Of a DNA stretch of 64,000 nucleotides, positions 57,661-64,000 are shown piece by piece. The DNA is taken from the NCBI GenBank assembly GCA_017934595.1, contig JAGBJG010000008.1, forward strand, positions 65,687 through 129,686, written 5' to 3'. Position 1 is the first letter of the stretch. Each line of letters begins with the position of its first letter. The stretch is from Bacilli bacterium (GTDB lineage Bacteria > Bacillota_I > Bacilli_A > RF39 > UBA660). Position numbers and translations under genes: made by a program. Under the pieces are notes generated by a model. It did not search any database, had not been told where the DNA came from, and saw nothing but the letters and a program-made list of their open reading frames with translations.

Positions 57661-60039
57661 ATGTTAGAAATAAAAAACATTAGTAAGAAGTATGTTGTAG
57701 GTGATTTTAAGCAAGTTGCTTTAAATGATGTATCTGTTAATTTTAGAAAAAGTGAATTTGCATCAATATTAGGACCATCTGGTTCTGGTAAAACAACACT
57801 TTTAAATATAATAGGTGGATTAGATCACTATGATACAGGTGATTTAATCATTAATGGTGTAAGTACTAAAAAATATAAAGATAGTGATTGGGATAGTTAT
57901 AGAAATCATCGTATAGGTTTCGTATTTCAAAGTTATAATTTAATATCTCATCAAACTATTTTAGCTAATGTAGAACTTGCATTAACTCTATCTGGTATAT
58001 CAAAAAAAGAAAGAATTAAAAAAGCTAAAAAAGCATTAGATGAAGTAGGATTATCACGCCATATTCATAAAAAACCAAATCAATTATCAGGAGGTCAAAT
58101 GCAAAGGGTTGCTATTGCGAGAGCTTTAGTAAATGATCCTGATATTATCTTAGCCGATGAACCTACCGGTGCACTTGATAGTGAAACTAGTATTCAAATT
58201 ATGGATATATTAGCTAATGTAGCTAAGACTAAATTAGTTATTATGGTTACACATAATCCAGAATTAGCTAATAATTATTCAAATAGAATTATTAAATTAA
58301 AAGATGGTGAAATTATAAGTGATTCTAATCCTTATAGTGAGAAAGAATCATCAGTAACTAATAGTAAAAGTAAGAAAACATCTATGAACTTATTCACAGC
58401 GTTATCACTTTCATTAAATAACTTAATGACTAAAAAAGGTAGAACTTTCTTAACTGCTTTTGCTGGTTCAATAGGTATAATTGGTATTGCTTTAATATTA
58501 TCTTTATCAAACGGTGTAAGAACTTATATTGATAAAACAGAAAGAGAAACATTATCAAACTATCCATTAACAATAGAGGCTAAAACATTTAGTATAGATA
58601 GTTCATTTAGTTTTTCTAATCCAAATGTTAATGTAGAGTGTGAAGATGGATATATTTGTACTAAAGATGATATTACATCTAATCCAGCTATTATGACATT
58701 GTCTAGAGAAGTTAAAAATGATTTAAAAGCATTTAAAAAAGAAATAGATAATAATTATCAAAATATTAAAGATTATGTAACTGATATTTCATATGACTAT
58801 AATATTAATTTACATATTTTTGATAAAAAAAGTAAAAAAGAAGTTAGTAATGCATCTGTAAGTGATTATATAGATTCATCTACATTTAATATGCTTATAG
58901 ATAATAAAGAATTATTAGATGGTCAATATGATATTTTAAAAGGTAGAATGCCATCTAATTATAATGAATTAGTATTAGTATTAGATAAAGAGGGTAATAT
59001 TCCTTTGTCTTTAGTATATAATTTAGGTTTATTAGATAGTAAGAATTTAAATGATGAAATTAAAAAGGTTAAAGATAAAGAGAAGAAATCTTTAGATAAA
59101 GTTACATATACATATGATGATTTCATAGGTTTAAAATATAGTTTAGTTTTAAATAATTTATATTTTGAAAAAATAAATAATAGATGGACTAATATATCAT
59201 CCGATCAATCTAAACTTGATAATTTAATTAATAATGGTATAGATTTAGAAATAGTAGGTATTATTAAAGTATCAGAATCTACTAAATCAGCAGCTAGTAA
59301 TTTTGTTGGTTATACTAATGAATTAATTAAATATGTAATAGATAATAATATGAAAAGTGAAGTTGTAAAAGAACAATTAGCTAATACTAATGTATCTGTA
59401 TTTACAGGAACAGAATTTAATGAAAGAATGAGCTATGACTCAGTTAGATATTTACTTGGTATGGCTGATTATGAAAATCCATCATCTATAAATATTTATC
59501 CTAAAGATTATGATTCTAAAGATAAAATTAAAGATATTATTGCTAAATATAATGAAGGTAAGAAAGATGATAATAAAATAACATATACTGATTATGTTGG
59601 TATATTAATGAGTGGTATTACTGATGTCATAGATGTTATTACATATATCTTAGTAGCCTTTGTAGCTATATCACTTATTGTATCTAGTATAATGATATCT
59701 ATAATTACTTATATCTCTGTATTAGAAAGAACTAAAGAAATAGGTATATTAAAAGCATTAGGTGCATCTAAAAAAGATATAACTAGAGTATTTAACGCGG
59801 AGACTATTATAGAAGGTTTTGTAGCAGGAGTATTTGGTATAGTAGTAACTTTATTAGTAAATATTCCAATTAATAAAATTGTATATAATATGTTTAGTGT
59901 GGATAGAATCGCATCTCTTCCATTTATTGGTGGAATAGTATTAATAGGTATAAGTGTCATCTTAACAGTAGTGGCTGGATTAATACCGGCTAGAATGGCA
60001 AGTAAGCAAGATGCAGTGGAATCACTAAGAACAGAATAA
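57661..60039 (+). CDS. fused ABC transporter ATP-binding protein/FtsX-family permease (MacB-like)
   Basis: GPSGSGKTT, LSGGQMQRVAIARAL, ILADEPTGALD; C-terminal FtsX 4-TM permease. Confidence 0.8.
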   Translation: MLEIKNISKKYVVGDFKQVALNDVSVNFRKSEFASILGPSGSGKTTLLNIIGGLDHYDTGDLIINGVSTKKYKDSDWDSYRNHRIGFVFQSYNLISHQTILANVELALTLSGISKKERIKKAKKALDEVGLSRHIHKKPNQLSGGQMQRVAIARALVNDPDIILADEPTGALDSETSIQIMDILANVAKTKLVIMVTHNPELANNYSNRIIKLKDGEIISDSNPYSEKESSVTNSKSKKTSMNLFTALSLSLNNLMTKKGRTFLTAFAGSIGIIGIALILSLSNGVRTYIDKTERETLSNYPLTIEAKTFSIDSSFSFSNPNVNVECEDGYICTKDDITSNPAIMTLSREVKNDLKAFKKEIDNNYQNIKDYVTDISYDYNINLHIFDKKSKKEVSNASVSDYIDSSTFNMLIDNKELLDGQYDILKGRMPSNYNELVLVLDKEGNIPLSLVYNLGLLDSKNLNDEIKKVKDKEKKSLDKVTYTYDDFIGLKYSLVLNNLYFEKINNRWTNISSDQSKLDNLINNGIDLEIVGIIKVSESTKSAASNFVGYTNELIKYVIDNNMKSEVVKEQLANTNVSVFTGTEFNERMSYDSVRYLLGMADYENPSSINIYPKDYDSKDKIKDIIAKYNEGKKDDNKITYTDYVGILMSGITDVIDVITYILVAFVAISLIVSSIMISIITYISVLERTKEIGILKALGASKKDITRVFNAETIIEGFVAGVFGIVVTLLVNIPINKIVYNMFSVDRIASLPFIGGIVLIGISVILTVVAGLIPARMASKQDAVESLRTE

Positions 60040-60133
60040 GATAAGGAAACTTATCTTTTCTTTTTGACAAATTTTAAAAAAGTATTATAATAAGACATCA
60101 ACAAGGGGAAAAGTTGCGGGTGATAATTATATT

Positions 60134-60436
60134 ATGGAAAATGATCTAAAAATTAAGAATTTAAAAATAATAAATGATAAAATTAAAGAATTAAATTATA
60201 ATTTAGCTCTTGAACGTATTGGTATAGTTCAATCTGGTGTAAGTATTGCTGTTATGGGAGCTGGATGTAAGATGTTTTCTGAAGTGATTAGTACACCTTG
60301 TAAATTTGTATGTGGACTTGCTATATTACTATGTACAGGAAATTTCATCCTTTGCGCTAATAGTGCTTCACGTGATAAATTTGCTATTGATGAATTAAAT
60401 TTTGAAAAAGAAAAATTAGAAGGTAAAACCTATTAA
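60134..60436 (+). CDS. hypothetical small membrane protein
   Basis: 100 aa; two hydrophobic segments. Confidence 0.4.
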   Translation: MENDLKIKNLKIINDKIKELNYNLALERIGIVQSGVSIAVMGAGCKMFSEVISTPCKFVCGLAILLCTGNFILCANSASRDKFAIDELNFEKEKLEGKTY

Positions 60437-60492
60437 TTTTTTTCTATTGTAAAAATAAAGGTGATGTGATAAAATTATTTTGTCACTTACAT

Positions 60493-60569
60493 GGCCTGTT
60501 GGTGAAGTGGTTTAACACATAGCCCTCTCAAGGCTACACACATGGGTCCGAATCCCATACAGGCTACCA
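60493..60569 (+). tRNA. tRNA-Glu (anticodon CTC)
   Basis: Close paralog of the tRNA-Glu at 38084-38160 but with anticodon loop CTCTCAA; terminator ACACCAUUAUGGUGU plus U-tract follows. Confidence 0.8.
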
Positions 60570-60727
60570 CGGTTAATTACACCATTATGGTGTTTTTATT
60601 TACATAAAAAAGGATAGGCACCGCAGCGACTATCCTACTGGACCCTAAAGGTCTTAAATTAACAATAGGGGCTAAACCCTTTGTTGATAATATTATATGT
60701 TATTTTTGTAAAAAAATCAACTCAAAC

Positions 60728-61408
60728 TTATTCTTGCGTAAAAAATCTATCATTGATTGCATTATCTATTGTCTTCATCATGTCTTTTGGACATTTTGCT
60801 TTTCCCATTATGTCGTATTCATTAATTGGCGGGAATATCCGTTCTTTAGATATTGTTGTTATCAAACTTGGACATGCATAAGTTGTTTTGATATACGTTT
60901 TATAATATTCTAATAATGTGGCGATTTTATTAACTTTTATTATTTCGGCAGGAGTTAATTTGTCTTTTCGATCAAATTTTTCTAAATCTTTATGTACTTT
61001 ATCTATAAATAATTCAGCAATTAATGTTGATAGATTTATATTAAATTTGTTGCTTTTAGATGTTAATGGGACTACTGTTAAAATATTATTTTTTGGATTA
61101 TCATAATTATTCATAACTATCGCAAAGTGTACTTGAGACATTTCTGAACCAATACCAATTCCAAAATCAGCCTTTATGATTGTTCCGCGCCCATAAGTCC
61201 TATAAGATTGTACATTTTTTTGGCCATTTAAACTATTTTCTAAAGCATTAGCTTCATTAGTTAATAATTTTGATTTTTTTAATAGCCATTCATCGACATA
61301 ACTAAATTTGTAAGGTAGTTTCTTTTTTACAATATTGTCATAGTTTATATAGGACAAATCTAATCTTATTTTTTCGTTGACTTCTTCCTGTGTTATATTT
61401 TTTTTCAT
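60728..61408 (-). CDS. extended MazF/PemK-like protein (226 aa) with N- and C-terminal extensions and no adjacent antitoxin
   Basis: Core GTIIKADFGIGIGSEMSQVHFAIVMNN...VVPLTSK matches the MazF fold signature; extended -10 TGGTATAAT promoter at ~61455; terminator at 60601-60624. Confidence 0.55.
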   Translation of the reverse strand: MKKNITQEEVNEKIRLDLSYINYDNIVKKKLPYKFSYVDEWLLKKSKLLTNEANALENSLNGQKNVQSYRTYGRGTIIKADFGIGIGSEMSQVHFAIVMNNYDNPKNNILTVVPLTSKSNKFNINLSTLIAELFIDKVHKDLEKFDRKDKLTPAEIIKVNKIATLLEYYKTYIKTTYACPSLITTISKERIFPPINEYDIMGKAKCPKDMMKTIDNAINDRFFTQE

Positions 61409-61529
61409 CTGTTTCTATCACGTTATCATATCCTTTCCTAGGAGTATTATACCAAAAATATGTTCGGTCAGCAATGTTTTTATAACATTTTTGTGTTTTA
61501 TTTATAATTATTTGATATAATTATATTAG

Positions 61530-62666
<1,137 letters not shown>

Positions 62667-62815
62667 AAGTGAACCATATGAAGAGGAAACGATTAAACGT
62701 TTCCTTATTTTTTGGCTATAAATGAATAAAATTATTTAATATTTTTAATTTATTACGATTAAAATGTAATTTTATGGTATAATACCATCTATAGAATATA
62801 CGTGGAGGTGATGAT

Positions 62816-63559
62816 ATGGATAATAAAACACAAGAAATATATATAAATTTAGATGATTCTGGGAAGTTGACTTCAAATGAAAAAATTTCTGTCTATGGTG
62901 GTTTATTATTTTTTTCCAAAAAAGAAAAAGATAAATTTATAACACAATATAGAAGTATAATAAATGATATAAAATGTAAATATTGTCATTGTTCTGCTGA
63001 TAATTGTAGCAAGAAATGTCCGGAAATTAAAAATACAAATATCCGACCAGTTGATAAAAGACGTATAATGAATTATATAAAAAAGTATTATGTGATCGCA
63101 TTAATTATTAAAAATGATGATGTATATGAACATATAAAAAATAATAAAGCGGCAAAAGGGAGATTTACGGATTATGCTATTCGAAGATTAATAAAAGAGA
63201 CGATTATTTCGTTGGTTAAATCAAAAGGATTAAATCCAAACATGCCCGTTAAATTAATTATAAATATTGATCAACAAAGTACAAAGAGTAATGGATATTA
63301 TAATTTGCATGATGGGTTGGTTGAGGAACTAAAAATAGGATTTAATAATTTTAATTATTCTTTTCAAATAAAACCGGTTTTAAGTGGTGATTTAGAACTT
63401 GATATTTCATATCAAGATTCTGGTAAAAGCTATGTCGTTCAGGCTGCGGATTTACTAGCTGGTACAATAAGAAAAAAATCATTAGATGCACTTTTGAGTA
63501 ACCAAGATATACACAATGAATTATCAGAATTTGTTGATTTTAAAATAATTTTACCATAA
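62816..63559 (+). CDS. DUF3800-family protein
   Basis: N-terminal IYINLDDSGK and C-terminal VQAADLLAGTIRK match the DUF3800 termini. Confidence 0.55.
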   Translation: MDNKTQEIYINLDDSGKLTSNEKISVYGGLLFFSKKEKDKFITQYRSIINDIKCKYCHCSADNCSKKCPEIKNTNIRPVDKRRIMNYIKKYYVIALIIKNDDVYEHIKNNKAAKGRFTDYAIRRLIKETIISLVKSKGLNPNMPVKLIINIDQQSTKSNGYYNLHDGLVEELKIGFNNFNYSFQIKPVLSGDLELDISYQDSGKSYVVQAADLLAGTIRKKSLDALLSNQDIHNELSEFVDFKIILP

Positions 63560-63561
63560 GA

Positions 63562-63671
63562 AAAAAGGCAACTAAGTGTTGCCTTTTCCCAGTTAGGGCG
63601 ACGTACATACAGCACGCTTAATTTATTAAAATCGACACCTAACTATCGACCTGACAAGATTTCTCTCCGGT
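63562..63671 (-). ncRNA. candidate ~110-nt sRNA (minus strand) in a 270-nt gap between convergent genes
   Basis: Minus-strand promoter TTGACA (63706-63701), 17-nt spacer, TATCAT (63683-63678); relatively GC-rich body; terminator GGCAACACUUAGUUGCC plus U6 ending ~63562. Confidence 0.3.
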
Positions 63672-63827
63672 ACATCAATGATACTATAAAAAAATATTTT
63701 TGTCAATATAAGTATCATTGTATTATTATCTTATGTAATAAAAAAAGAAATATGTATTGCATTAAAATATAATCGTAAATAATAGTAAAAAATAAAAGAG
63801 GTCAACATGTTGACACTCTTGGGAGTT

Positions 63828-64000
63828 CTAATTAGAACTCTTTATTTTATCTACATTTTTAAAATTCATTTTAGCTACTTCATATAATTTATCAAAACCA
63901 TATTTATTAACTATTTCTAATCCAACTTTATCAACTGCATCTGATGCACCTTTAGGAATATTCATACCTAAATCTTTACTCATTTTATCTATTTCTTTTA
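63828..64000 (-). CDS. 3' end of a small protein or small ORF (...MSKDLGMNIPKGASDAVDKVGLEIVNKYGFDKLYEVAKMNFKNVDKIKSSN); may start beyond the window
   Basis: Open frame on the minus strand with no upstream stop inside the window; internal ATG at 63983 has only a weak SD. Confidence 0.3.
   Translation of the reverse strand, partial: KEIDKMSKDLGMNIPKGASDAVDKVGLEIVNKYGFDKLYEVAKMNFKNVDKIKSSN

Noticed and set aside
60570-60727. Possible integrative-element attachment site or sRNA downstream of tRNA-Glu(CUC)
   Set aside because: No duplicated tRNA 3' end is found nearby, and no integrase is present. The GC-rich hairpin at 60601-60624 is best explained as the minus-strand terminator of the MazF-like gene, and 60577-60600 as the tRNA terminator.
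60681-61106. Two plus-strand ORFs (66 and 62 aa)
   Set aside because: They overlap the MazF-like gene on the opposite strand and have non-ATG or weak starts.

Overview
This is a very AT-rich (roughly 26-28% GC) chromosomal segment that looks like a spore-forming, Clostridia-like Firmicute. It has dense, mostly plus-strand coding and many intrinsic terminators. The housekeeping backbone is: tRNA-Arg, yigZ, miaB, a polysaccharide deacetylase, ffh, yqeG-yqeH, gatCAB, murF-ddl, a tRNA cluster (Lys, Ile, Asn, Glu, then Ser), a NifS-like cysteine desulfurase with thiol-disulfide proteins, ttcA and tgt. There are also several transporter and regulator operons, a LiaF/LiaG-like envelope cluster, and cell-wall and spore-related enzymes (two VanY-type M15 peptidases, a DacF-type PBP, an amidase-domain protein and a CotD-like protein). 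The most interesting content is an unusual concentration of small toxin-antitoxin-like modules. The first is a canonical mazEF pair inserted between two copies of a 27-bp terminator. The second is a type III ToxIN/AbiQ-like locus: promoter, then 3.2 tandem 35-nt repeats, a terminator, and a toxin gene that is frameshifted at an A-run, all bracketed by ~50-bp direct repeats. The third and fourth are paralogous type I-like loci at ~19.3 kb and ~43.9 kb. Each has a ~115-nt promoter-to-terminator sRNA sharing a conserved 5' motif, convergent with a strongly ribosome-bound 27-32 aa hydrophobic peptide gene whose 5'UTR carries an anti-SD element. None of the type I ORFs is in the supplied ORF track. 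The fifth is a solitary extended MazF-like protein next to an extra tRNA-Glu(CUC). Also notable are two paralogous proteins with a type IV prepilin N-terminus fused to large glycine-rich domains, each sitting beside tRNA genes. There are two divergent HerA-like ATPase paralogs, an unannotated 48-aa peptide with 17 cysteines, and several orphan promoter-terminator units that are candidate sRNAs. I found no rRNA, CRISPR array, transposase or integrase.
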